A stretch of 64,000 nucleotides of DNA, taken from positions 4,278,001 through 4,342,000 of the forward strand of contig OZ361256.1 of the NCBI GenBank assembly GCA_977018835.1. Reading direction: 5' to 3'. A program made the position numbers and the translations under genes. This DNA is from Minutocellus sp. GHC0000111. Its lineage: Eukaryota. This document shows, in pieces, positions 33,720 to 45,348 of the stretch. The notes beneath the pieces are model-generated. The model searched no databases. It had not been told where the DNA came from and was given only the letters and a program-made list of their open reading frames with translations. Positions within the stretch are counted from its first letter, which is position 1. Every line of letters begins with the position of its first letter.

Positions 33720-35977
33720 ATGGCGAAGAGACCTTATAATCTGGGCGGCGTCTCCGCCCTCCTCGCCTCGGCACTGTCGGCATCGGTGACATTGATAGTA
33801 CCCGTGACTGCCTTCGCTGGAATACATGCGGGAGCATCGTGCCGTCATTATCATGCCGGTGCGAGATCAGCGGCAGCCAATTATCTACTTTCGTCCAGAC
33901 CTCCCTCGTCGACATACTGCAGCACGAGGAGCTACCATCTCTTCTCCACCAAGGCCGACGAAGTGATTGCAATTGATACCTCTACATCAAACACTGAAAG
34001 TGACGCATCTTCACTTCCACCAGAACCAGGACGCACCGTAACCATCCTGGAACAAACCGCAACCTACCTGGTGGCCGCCAAACCACCGTCGGTGGTGTGT
34101 CATCATTCCGGATGGACCGGCAGTCGCTCCCGGGCCAAGCGCGGCGAGGAACCGGAAATACCCATGCTGCAGCGCGTCAGGGATGGGATTGCTAGCAGTT
34201 TGCAAGAGAAGAAGAAGAATGGCAATGATGATGGCAATGATGAGAAGCAGGTGCAGCAGAAGAGGGTCAATGTCGTTCATAGGTTGGATCGGGGTGCCAG
34301 CGGGTGTCTGTTGTTTGCCTTTGCTGACGACGACGATGCAGATGGCAATGCCAACGGCAGCAACGATGGCGAAGATGACGATAAAGAGAATGTCGACAAC
34401 AATCTTGCCGAACCTACCAACCCAACCAAATCCAACAAACGAAGCTCCACGGCAATCCTGCAAGAGGCCATGGCCTCCCCCGACGCCACCAAGACATATC
34501 TCGCCCTGGTCCGCGGGGAGGGCATACTGCGCGGCGAAGACCTCAAATCCAAGGGATGGTTCCTCGTTGATCGCGAGATCAAGGACGAAAAGGGCAAACC
34601 CAACAATGCCACCACGTGGTTTCGATTCGTGGCCGGACAGTCGTACGATGAAGAGCAGGATCTGCCAAGGGCTAGTCTGGTCCTGGCCAGGCCGGAAACG
34701 GGACGATGGCATCAAGTTCGGCGGTATTTGAACGGGTTGTCCCATCCCATATTGGGCGATACCACTCATGGCGCCTCGCAGACCAATCGCGAGTGGAAGG
34801 AGCGGCGGAACATGCCCGGGGAACGAACGTGCCTGCATCTGGCACGGATGCAGCTGCCGCCGAACGAGGTGGCGCCGGAGGGTATCGATGTGTGCTGCCC
34901 TCTCGAGGGGGACATGATGGAAATGATGAGGGTGCACATGCCCGGTGTTTTGGAGGAGGCCGAGCCGATATTAAAAGAGGAGGGCATTCGGATACGGACA
35001 GACCCTTCCAATGACAAAATTCAAGTGTTGCCTTACAAGGTGCCTGATCTTGATCTGGAAAAGCTAAGGGCAGTGCATGCTCTCAACCAGCAGAAGATCA
35101 ACATTTTGGCGCAGGGGCCGTACCATGTGGTGGTGGAAAAGCCGCCGAGGATTGTATGTCATCACAGCGCATGGACGGGCAAGCGGTCGGAGGCCCGGCG
35201 ATTGTTGGAACCGACGCCGATGCTGCAGAGAGTGCGCGATTTGGTGGGTAGAAGGGTCAATCTCGTCCACAGACTCGACCGAGGCGCCAGCGGCTGTCTC
35301 ATATTTTCGTACGCAGATGGAGACAAAGCAGCCGAAAATGATGATTCCGTCTTTGACAACGATTCTTCTGGCGCTACTACTGCGCTGATAGAGAGGCAAT
35401 GCAAAGCCCCGAGGCAACCAAAACCTATCTTGCCTTGGTGAATGGAGATGGTTTCCGTGATGGAGAAGATTTGACGCAAAGAGGTTGGTTCGATGTGGAT
35501 GAACCGGTCAAGGACGAGAATGGAAAACTCGTTGGCGACTCAATAACCGAGTTGAGATTTGTAGCGTCGGTCCAGCTTACAGACAAACCTGCCCAGGATC
35601 CAGCAGGGAAGTCGGCCTGCCTTGTATTGGCGCGCCCCCATACGGGACGATGGCACCAGGTTCGGCAGCATTGCATGCTAATGGGCCATCCCATTCTTGG
35701 AGATTCCACGCATGGATTGAGCAGGACCAACAGAATATGGAGAGAGAAGAGGGACATGACCAAGGAAAGGGTGTGCTTGCATTTGGCACGGGTGGATTTG
35801 CCTCCAACCGAATTTACTCCAGATGGAATCCAAGCCAGCTGTCCGATTCCGAAGGATATAAAGGCAATGATAGAGAATTCTATGCCATCTTTGTTGACAG
35901 GTGAGGCGAAACAAGTGTTAGAAGATGCAGGAGTAACAGGAATCTATTACCGGTACTTGCATGTACGAGCCTCGTAG
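33720..35977 (+). CDS. RluA-family pseudouridine synthase with two tandem catalytic domains, organelle-targeted; one frameshift near 35393
   Basis: Two complete motif sets: KPP.VVCHHS.W, HRLDRGASGCL, KTYLALV, TGRWHQVR, HPILGD, CLHLAR. Removing one AG from GAGAGG at about 35391-35396 joins ORF 33600 to ORF 35399. Signal peptide ends VTA-F. Confidence 0.85.
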
Positions 35978-36238
35978 TGCGGGCGCGTCTTTTTTCTATG
36001 TCCCGTCAAAAGATAGGTAGTCTAATTAGAATAGAATATATGTAGTGTGGGAAGGTCACCATTCATCTGTGCTGTATTTACATCAATTGTTGTTCTTTAT
36101 TAGTAATTATGATTTCTCTAAGATGGCACGCCGTAGAGCGTGTTCGTGCATTTTTCTTCTTTGTGGATACATGGACTGTTTGGAGAGGTTCTAAAGTTGG
36201 GTCGATACAAATAAATAAATAGAAAAGTAAAATTGTGT

Positions 36239-39200
36239 TTAGGCCACAGCACCGTTGGTAATGGTGAAGGCACGGCCCTCCTCCTGGGTACTGGCTGAGG
36301 TCTCCGTCCAGGACTGCTGCTGGGTCGAAGGCTTGCGGTTGCTCATCTTGGGCACACCACCCGAACCAGGACGACGAATGGCCATGGTAGTGACGGCAGC
36401 ACCCGATGCAACCACAAGGGCAGAGGCCACGGCAGCGCCAACAACGACACCGACGCTGCGTCCTCCGGCGGCCTTGGCGAGCATGACCTCGATAGAGAAC
36501 TCGGACTCGGACTCCGCCTCGGGGGCCTCCTCGGCATCACGGCGGTTGGTCTGACCAGAGGTGAGGGGCACCGAAGCCTCGGACAAAAGACGCTGGCGGC
36601 CGGTACCGGCGAGGTCAGGATCGATGACACTTCCTGCAGCGAACTCATACACGTGGTACCGACGCAGTCAACGGGGCGCTCCTCGGCACCGAAGAAGGTA
36701 GCGGGAAGCCGGGTGTTGACAATGAGCATACGGTCGTCATCAGTGTAGCTCTCTCCGTCACCGAGCTCCTTGTTGATCGTCTCAACGGAAGTGAGCTGAC
36801 CTCCGTCACCCTGACGCTCAAAGTTGACAATGGGCGAGATGGACAGACCGCCCTGGTTGCAGGTGAAGGACTTGACATCTGTCATCTGAACGTAATCAGG
36901 GGGCAGCACATCGCCGTTGTCGGCATCGGGAGCAAAGCGAACGCAAAGCTTGAGGGAGTCACTCTGCGAAAGGAAGGAATCATCGAGATCCGAATCCTCC
37001 ACACAAGTGTTGTCGGTGGTGCACTGACAAGCGGCGAGGGGGTATTCGATATCAATGAGCTTGGTGGTCTCCTCAGCCTCGTTACGCTCGACGCTAATGT
37101 CAGCGACGGCGAAGTCCTGAGTCATGTCGATAAGGATGGTCGTCTTGAGCTCCTTGTAGGTGACAGATTCTGTGGAGACGGTTGATAGACAAAAGGAAGA
37201 AAGACCACGAATCAAAGTGAGTCGAAGAATATCGATAAATCGAAATAGAGATACGATGGGGGACGAAACAAAAATTGACCAGAACGGGAACTCACTCTTG
37301 GTATCGGAGAGAACGGCAAATCCAAGGCAGAAGTCGATACTGCCAACATCGAAAGGAGGCGCGGTGGTCCAAACCTCCGATCCAACGACATTGTCAGGGT
37401 TGAGATTGAGGTCGATAGTGATGGGAATGGAACCAGTGGGAGTCTGGCCGGTGAACAGACCCTTGTTGTTGACGGCGACGGTAGCAGGAAGAAGCTTATC
37501 ACCAGCATCGGTCTCATCGTCAAAAGTATTGGTGCACGAAGAATCCATTACCTGGACAGCGACCAACTCGTTGGCAACATCGTACTTGCGAGAGGTTGCG
37601 ACTTGAGGAAGGAGAGCATCGACGGTGAAGAGCAGCTCCACCTTGGGGTTGGCACCCTCCGAACCGGTGGTAACATCCACAAAGGTCGATTCCCACATCG
37701 CAGCCGTCATGGTGGCACATCCAGAGTCATCGATGGAAACCTTGTTGGGGTTGGATGCAGCAAGAGCGATCTCGACATCCGTCGTGTAGGGGCAGAGATC
37801 AACGCCGTCGACGACACCATCCTTGTCGGTATCAAAGGGACAGCCAGGCGCGACAGGAGCATCGAGCTTGTCATTGGTATACTCATCAGCATAGACAGTG
37901 GCACCACGGACGGTATCAGCACACATATCCTGCTCGACGGCACAGCACGTTGCTGCGTCGACGGGCTTGGCTTCGGTTGAATGACAGCCTGTGGGCTGGA
38001 AGGGCCAGGTGTAGGAGGCAGGGGCATCAGTTGAAATACAATCCTTCACGCCATCGTTGTCGGAATCGATGGGACAACCATCACGGCCGATGTAGCCGCC
38101 TTCGGTTGGGCACTGATCAATACCATCGGCGACGCCATCGTTGTCCGTATCCTTGGGACAGCCGAGCTTGGTCTCGTCGTTGGCGGCAGAGAAGCCATCG
38201 TCGGTGGGGGAAAAGACAATGGCACGAGGATCATGGACAGGATTGGCACTGTGGACGGTACCATCGCAGTTGTCGATTCCATCATAGACGCCATCCTGGT
38301 CGCTGTCGAGCGGGCAGCCCTTGTTATTGACGACAGCAACGCGGGTGATTCCGTCAAAGGTAACAGCATTCTGGTTGGGGTAGGAGGGGGCGTCGCAAAT
38401 GTCGGCTTGATCGGTGACTAGATCGCCGTCCTCGTCCGGGCAGCCAAGGATGTTCATGTACTTTTGGGCGTTGCCCTCGAGCTTTCGCTGATAGGCAAAG
38501 AGAGCGTTACCTGGGTTGGACGGACTGGGAGAAGAAGGTGGAAGATAGAGAGAAAGTAATTTGTGAGCGAACACTGGGCGAAATGCGCAATATGTACGAG
38601 TATGAATGGATAAACAACACGCCACGAGAGCATATAATGATACCAAGGACGCAACCTGACAGAACTCACCAGTAATCACGGTAGTCGGGCGTGCCATCGA
38701 AATCGCCATCGGGGCAGCCGCCGCTGCTTCCGGGACCGTAGAAACCAGGGCAGCGATCTTCGCAATCCGGCACGCCGTCCATGTCTCCATCGTAGGGCTC
38801 TTGGGTGACGGGATCAATGCCCTTGTCGGGACATCCGGAGTAGCACTCGCCGCCGGCCTGGGTGGGACAGGCATCGAACTTGTCGGGGATCCCGTCACCG
38901 TCGCGGTCGGGACAGCCGTGGTAGTCGAGGTTGCGTTCGAGCGACGAGAAATCGTCTTTGGTAGCAAAGGTCCAATCATGGTTGTACTCGATACCTGCCT
39001 CGAAGGGGCAGCGATCCTCGCAATCGGGAATGCCATCGCCATCGGAGTCCAAGATGGTAGTGCCGTCGGCGCCCGTCTCGGGACAGCCGGAGGGGCAAAA
39101 GTCTTGAGGACCGGGATTATCAGAGCTGGTGCGATCATTGGTGTTGCGACGAAGTCCCTTCTGAGTAGGACAGGCATCAAAGTCGTTGGGAATCAGATCG

Positions 39201-41863
39201 CCGTCGGTGTCAACGTAAGGAAAATCAAGAGTGGTGGGGTTGATCTTGGGAATGAGAAGATTGGCATTCACCTCGGCGAGCTCTTCGTCCAAGACGGCCT
39301 TGGCCTCTTCCTTTGTAGCGGTAGCCTCTGCTTTGGTTACAGTAGCCTCCTCTTTGGCCACCAGAGCAGCCTGCTCCTCGTCAACAGCAGCATTCTTGGC
39401 CTCCTCGGCTTCTATCTTGACGGCAGTGGCCTCGTTGTAGGCAATTTCGGCCTCGATGGGGAGGCGGTACCTCTCTGCAGCGGTGGCATCGGCGGCGGCG
39501 GCACGGGCAGTAGCATCCTCGAATGCCTTCTTCATGGTAGCCTCGTAGGCAGCGGCCTGGTCATACTCCTTGGTGAGAGCGGTTGCCTTGGCCTCGGCCT
39601 CGGCATGGGCGGTAGTGGCATCCTCGAGCTGAGTGGTGGCAACGTCGAGGTCGTGGGAGGCAACCTCGTAGACCGATCGGAAGTCAAAGAAGTCGGTGAC
39701 TGTCTTGGCGGCCTCGGCGGCAGCAATCGTAGCCTCGTCGAGGGTTTGGGTCTCACCAACGTAGGAAGCTTCAGCCGTAGTCTCGTCGGTTTGGGTCTCA
39801 CCAGCTGCAAAAAGAACGGAAAGAGGGCGAATCATTCGTAGCAAAGTGGGAGAGGGAGGATGTAGACAGAAGAAGAGTGAGACGAATGCTCGAAAAATAA
39901 GAGGCATGATATGGTCAAGTCGGAAGAAACAATGACTCCACTTACCACCAGACGCGGCGGCCGAACCACCGTCAGCTGCAGCTGCCGGGAATGCATCGGG
40001 ACAAGTGAGGTAGTAGATGGCGCCCTTGTTGCCGTCAACGAAGCGACATCCAAAGAGGACAGTATCGTCGTGGAGTGCAGCATGATAGCAAAGATTACTG
40101 CCCATATTGGTCAGCGGAAAATTTTTCTGGAACGTCCAAGTACCATCGACCTTTTTCCACAAGTCAGGGCCTAAGTTGGATTGGATCGCTAGTGTATCAC
40201 CTCGCAAAGCCATCTTTAACAGGCCGTATCTACCCGCGCCCGAAACAGAAGGCGCGAGTTCCTGCTTGAATATCAACTCGCCGGTGCTAGAGTTTAACTC
40301 ATAGATCCAGACGCGGCCGGCCAACGAATCATGGCGAGTCGATGCGACGGCCAAGGTCGTACCGTCAAAGGACATAATTTCTCCGAACCTGTCTCCGGCC
40401 TCGACATTGGGGTGAATGAAGGACTGTTGCAGGGTCCACTGACCTCCGGCCTCTGTCCTTGTGTAGTAGTTGACTTGACCAGATTTGGAGATACCATTGA
40501 AAGTCGTGTCGCGGAGTGAAATGAAGAGAGAATTCCCAGACAGGGCCGCGTCGCCGCCAAATATATCTCCGGCGTTCTCGCCAGAGAATTTCTGAGTCTG
40601 ATCCCAAGAGCAAGTGCCAGAGGAGCAATCTCTCTCGTAAATGTAAGCAGCTCCTTTGTTGCCGTTCTCGATGAGGGCCGGAACAACGAGGGTGTTGCCA
40701 TCGACTCTCGAATTTTGGCCGTACCAGCTAAAACTGCCAGGGTTGGCAACGATGTCCTCCTGCTTCCAGGTGTCGTTGTCGTCCACATCGAGGCGGTAGA
40801 CAAAGACAGAACCACCGCCACCGGCTCCATCCCCGTTGCCGTTGTCCGACCAGGCAGATACGACGATAGTGTCACCGCTGATGTCGACCAATTGACCATA
40901 TCCTGGTTATTGGCGGGATACTCGATCTTCTGATGCATGGCCTACTGCGTTCCGTCCCACTGTAGATGTAGATGGACTGGTAGGGGGAGGTAGCATTTTG
41001 TCTGGTTCCCACGACCATCCAATCGCCGTCGATGGCAAGATCATGACCGAATTCGAGCGGGAGGGAGGAAATCTTTGGATCGTCAGTGGGCTGGAGCTTG
41101 GTCAGCGTCTGCTCAACGTCGCACGTGCCCGCCAGAGCACGCTGCTGCTGCTCCTCCTGCTGAGCCTTGGAGACGACATCGTTGAAGAAGGCGGCCTTGG
41201 TAGATACGCCCGCCGAGCGAAGACCCCGGCTGGCAGCATGTGCGCCGAACTATCGAATTGGCGGTAGAATAATCGGAAGGAAATCATTGGGTTGGACGCG
41301 CAGGAAAGGAGAAGGCGAAGGGCAACGGGGCGGCATAATATGAAACATGATGGATTGACGAAAGCAGCAGGCAGGAAAAACGATGATGAGACGGAAGACG
41401 AAATGATGACGAAGACAACCGAGCGAGCGAGAAGCTGCTGCAAAGCATCGATCGACCTGCTGCCGCCAGTGCCGGGACATGAAATTACATGAGCTAACGT
41501 CAACACGGCCATATATACAGGCATTCAGCATACATCGATATTTTTCACATCTTGATGCTTGGTTGTATACATGCTGTATGAATGTCATGTATGAATTGGG
41601 CCACAAGAATCATGCATCGCGCCGGGAAAAGTAGCACATAACTTATTCCATGCTCAGACACGACATGAACAAACAAAATAACGCACCTTGGTCTCGAGGG
41701 AACGGGCGGCCCTGGCGATGGCCGCCTCAGCGGCGGTTGCCTTCTCGGCCTGGATCGATCCGGCACCAGCACCGCCCTGCAGACGCCTGGAGGAGGAGGC
41801 GGCGGCCACGACGGCGGAGGGGATCGAAAGGGCGAGGCAAACGACGGGCAAGGTGAACTTCAT
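36239..41863 (-). CDS. Large type I membrane adhesin-like protein: FG-GAP beta-propeller, Ala/Glu coiled coil, TSP3-like Ca-binding repeats, Cys-containing juxtamembrane domains, TM
   Basis: Exon 1 (41863-41687) is a signal peptide plus RRLQ. GT-AG introns at 41686-41250, 39945-39805, 38669-38525 and 37295-37170 all preserve frame. Repeats FGHDLAIDGDWMVVG / YGQNSRVDGNTLVV / FGGDAALSGNSL; many DxDGDGxPDxxDxCP units; TM VGVVVGAAVASALVV. Small indels near 40890-40965 and 36652. Confidence 0.8.
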
Positions 41864-42514
41864 GGTTCGATTCTTGGAGGGACCGAAGAAACGATGGAAG
41901 AACGTATGTATCTCGTTGAGAAGGAACAGTATATCTCTATCGGCGATGCGATCGAGACGGTTGTGAGTGGATGTATGCGGCAGGCACAGATACTGTCGAC
42001 ATGGGTAGAAAGTAGCGGCGAAGAGAAAAAGCAAGATGTACCGAGTGAGATTGTTGTTGAACATGGATCTTCAATCAGCTGGACGAGGAAACACGTGGCC
42101 GAAGAACAGGTATGCACAACATCATACCCATGCGGCCTCTTTTCGCCACCTCCGGCGAGGAGCTAACACAGAATAAACAGCAGGGCAGGTCTCCGCCGAC
42201 GCAAGAGCATCGCAAAAGTTGCAAGCAAAAGTAGAAGTCGAATCGAATCAAACATCACAACATGTACAAATCAAACGCACTCACCACTCGAACTGGCTTC
42301 ACAAAGAGACACTTCTTCGAATTGTGAGAGGAAGTGGGATAACAAAACTGACGAACTGGTCTACCCCAGCACAGGCGATGGGGTTGGAATCAGCACCCCA
42401 ACACAAGCCTGTTCCTTCCGATCCGCCGATACCGCCAAAATCGATGCGTCCTGCGATGGTCATGGAGGGGCTCTATTTTGGATGGACGTCATATCGAACT
42501 GTTTAGAGACATTT

Positions 42515-42573
42515 CGGCAGGTCATTGCGGAAAATGTTGGACGAAACGTTGTCCACATCAGAATGACCTGCCG
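42515..42573. repeat. Inverted repeat/hairpin in a divergent intergenic region
   Basis: CGGCAGGTCATT (42515-42526) pairs perfectly with AATGACCTGCCG (42562-42573); inner TGGAC/GTCCA stem; third copy of the 12-mer at 42696-42707. Confidence 0.7.
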
Positions 42574-42905
42574 CGGAGGGTACCACCTCAGCTCAATGAC
42601 GAAACACGTCGGTTGTGGTCCGAAATGAGATCGCCACGTCGGTTTGAGAATTGAGAGGGCGCACCCCGCCTTTCTGCCTCTGTGCGGCATGTGTCAATGA
42701 CCTGCCGTCCTGACCAGGCTTCGAAGTTTGATTGATGGCGCAGTAACAGTAGTATACTAGGCCACACAGTGCTGCGTCATCTATCGTGCTTTGTGCGCTT
42801 TGTGTGATGTAGCATTGCATACTTTGGAATGCGGTAACGCTACATGCACTCATTCATGCTGCAAATAGTACCACCAAAAACAGCAAACGACCACCTAAAA
42901 GAAAA

Positions 42906-43784
42906 ATGCCAGTGATCATCAATCGACAGGGGAAGCTGATTCTCGTGGATCGTCCCAGCAGCCATTTCCTGCCACCGGTGCCTCCGGTACCGCCACAACC
43001 ATCTCAGCACCACGTCGTGAGACGAACGATCTACCGTCGTCACTCTGCTAATGCTGCTATGGTCGGTGCCCATGACCATGCTCAGAACTTCGCCCGCGTC
43101 GGTGGACTGCCCGGCGTAGTAGATCATAGTGCTCTTCAAAATGGATATGTCGTGGTCACCACTCGTCGCTTCAGTCTACCGGCTTCCATGACTTCGTATG
43201 CTGGCCATGTGGGAGATCCCAGATTTGCTGGCGCTGGTTTCCGTCCTACATTTCTTCGGACTTTACCGGTGCCACTCGACTCTCCCATGCATATCAATGC
43301 CAACGCCCAAACTCACGCTATCAACCAGACACATCGCAGTATCCTTCGTGATAACAGACATTGTACCCCTTCCTTGGGCACAATCAATGCTCCCGCTCCT
43401 AAACGGTTCATAAGCAGGCCCAGCAGCACGAATGCAAATTCGTCTTCACTACCACAGCAAAGATACATCGAGGAAGCGTCGCCCATTACCCCAAACTTTT
43501 CAATGGACAAGCTCCGAGAGCTCATGGCCAAGTCCAACGATAGTATGAAGAATCTCGAGGAGTATGACCGCCGCCAAGGTCTTCGTCGCTGCGATGCACA
43601 AAACATGGTGAAAATGGCTCGCTCCCGCAAGCAACTTCTTGAGAACAAGATTCTCTCGAAGTGGGACGGCTCTCCACTGATCGCCTTTCATAGGCAGGCT
43701 GATGGATCAGTCAAGGTTCTCGCAGGGCCAAGCAGCGCCAGGAAGAAGCATACGTGCCGACGAGTAGTAAACCGTCTCATGTAA
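42906..43784 (+). CDS. Hypothetical protein with a diatom-typical C-terminal motif
   Basis: 292-aa ORF ending in LRELMAKSNDSMKNLEEYDRRQGLRRCDAQNMVKMARSRKQL. Confidence 0.65.
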   Translation: MPVIINRQGKLILVDRPSSHFLPPVPPVPPQPSQHHVVRRTIYRRHSANAAMVGAHDHAQNFARVGGLPGVVDHSALQNGYVVVTTRRFSLPASMTSYAGHVGDPRFAGAGFRPTFLRTLPVPLDSPMHINANAQTHAINQTHRSILRDNRHCTPSLGTINAPAPKRFISRPSSTNANSSSLPQQRYIEEASPITPNFSMDKLRELMAKSNDSMKNLEEYDRRQGLRRCDAQNMVKMARSRKQLLENKILSKWDGSPLIAFHRQADGSVKVLAGPSSARKKHTCRRVVNRLM

Positions 43785-43933
43785 GAACTAGCTAGCTTGG
43801 ACACGGTGCTAACGATTCGATACTACATGTAAACAATAAAAATATAACGATGCTTCTAGTTAGATTATGGGCATGCAAATTACGTACTGCGATCGGGCAG
43901 CTTGTACAAATTCAGCAGAGAGTTGTCATCATT

Positions 43934-44838
43934 CTATGCTATATAACAATCAAATCCTACTCTATGCAAACATCCAGTCGTCTGGAAATGCTCCTTGATT
44001 TCATCAATTGTGGACCGAGGTATCGGTTCCTCTCCCGCTCCAGTCCAAGCCAATATCTGTGATTTCGGAAACTTTGTAAAATAATCATCAAATATTCCCG
44101 GCTCCAAGGCCAGCGTGCGTGCATTCAATGCAAGGACTACCCCACCACACTTGGAATCGAGACCGTATTGCTCTGATATCTTGGCCATGTCGCATGCATC
44201 TTGTTTTTATGTAAGGTTGCCTAGATTTGTAATTGCACTTGTACCCAAGGGAGAAAGCAAAGCATTGCCGAATGGTTTGAGAGCATCCGCCAGCTGGTGC
44301 CATACCTTCGATGTGCTTCAAACAAGTCGATAGAAACTCCCCTGTTCGGACCGTTACCGCATCTGGTCCTCGAACACCCGGTCCCTCCAAGATATCAGCA
44401 TTAAGGTAAATGGTCGGCCGAAACTCCAAGATATCCTTTGTGTGATGCGTGGCCAACAAGGTCAGCACTGGCTCTACGGCCTTCATCTCCTTGAAGTCCA
44501 ATTTGATGTGCCTCTCCATGCCTTGTTGCGTCGTGTCTTGAAATATCGAGACCAAAAACTGCTCGGCCGACAGATCGCTATGCGAAAATGGCGGATGGCT
44601 CATGATTGCCATTTCATCATCGCCAATAGCATTTTGCTCGTCATCATCGTCGCAGCAGCCCATCATTATGTCCGCTTCAATGGCGGTTATTGCAGGGTCG
44701 GACAGGGCAGCATCCAGCTTGGCCCTGGAGTTGGTGGCGTGCGACCAAACGAGAGACGAGAGACGAGGGCGGCGGCAGCGCGCTTTTGCTGCTGGCGCTT
44801 CCGTGCTCAATAGCACCAGAAGACAAAGTCGAAGCCAT
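43934..44838 (-). CDS. FAM151/Menorin (DUF2181) family protein; frameshifted
   Basis: WSHATNS, AIEADIMMG, MSHPP...SDLS, HIKLDFKE, YLNADILEGPG, ILAWTG. An extra A in an A-run near 44205 and an extra TCGTCTC copy near 44760 explain the breaks. Confidence 0.8.
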
Positions 44839-44992
44839 GGCGTCTTGAAAAGAAAATCGCCCTGGTCAAAATTCAAGCAGCAACTCTTGAACTCATGTAT
44901 CATATGAGTCCTTTCACCTTCATCGTGCCACCCACTTGCCAACAACCGCCTTGCTCGCTCGTCGCCGCACGCTCGCTCACGCGCGCGGGAAG

Positions 44993-45231
44993 TAGTCTTA
45001 GGGAAACCTGGGGGGACTTTCCGGGTTACTCCTAAACCTGGGATTTCCCCCAGGATTTCTGAGTTTGCCCCCCGCCTCTACACACGTGTTACTAGTAGTA
45101 GCTACTATTAAGAATTCCTCGTACATGGGGGCATTTTGCCGTTTTTCCGAGGGACCCCAGGATCCCAGGTTAATCCTGGGGGTTTGCCCCCCAGTATTTC
45201 TGGAAATTACCCCCAGGTTTCCCTATGACTA
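44993..45231. mobile_element. hAT-type MITE, 239 bp, ~30-bp TIRs, 8-bp TSD
   Basis: Left end TAGTCTTAGGGAAACCTGGGGG; right end reverse complement TAGTCATAGGGAAACCTGGGGG; GCGGGAAG at 44985-44992 and 45232-45239; internal CCTGGG/CCCAGG subterminal repeats. Confidence 0.9.
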
Positions 45232-45348
45232 GCGGGAAGGGTGGAAATTTTTCGTCTGTCCGTTTGCACGTACATGTAAGGCTGGGCGCTGGGCGTCTCG
45301 GGCTTGTCGAGCCCTCCACTCATTTTGGTCCAAAGTCAAGTACGAACC

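Noticed and set aside
38801..39841. 346-aa Gly/Leu-rich plus-strand ORF
   Set aside because: Antisense shadow of the repetitive coiled-coil/TSP3 exons.
11708..40944. Stop-codon reassignment suggested by apparent in-frame stops (TAA 11708-11710, TAA 20319-20321, TAG 40942-40944 on minus)
   Set aside because: Well-conserved genes here terminate normally at TAA, TAG and TGA (dehydratase, IMP4, SMC6, Dus), long ORFs have no internal stops, and two of the three cases lie in genes or stretches with other indels.
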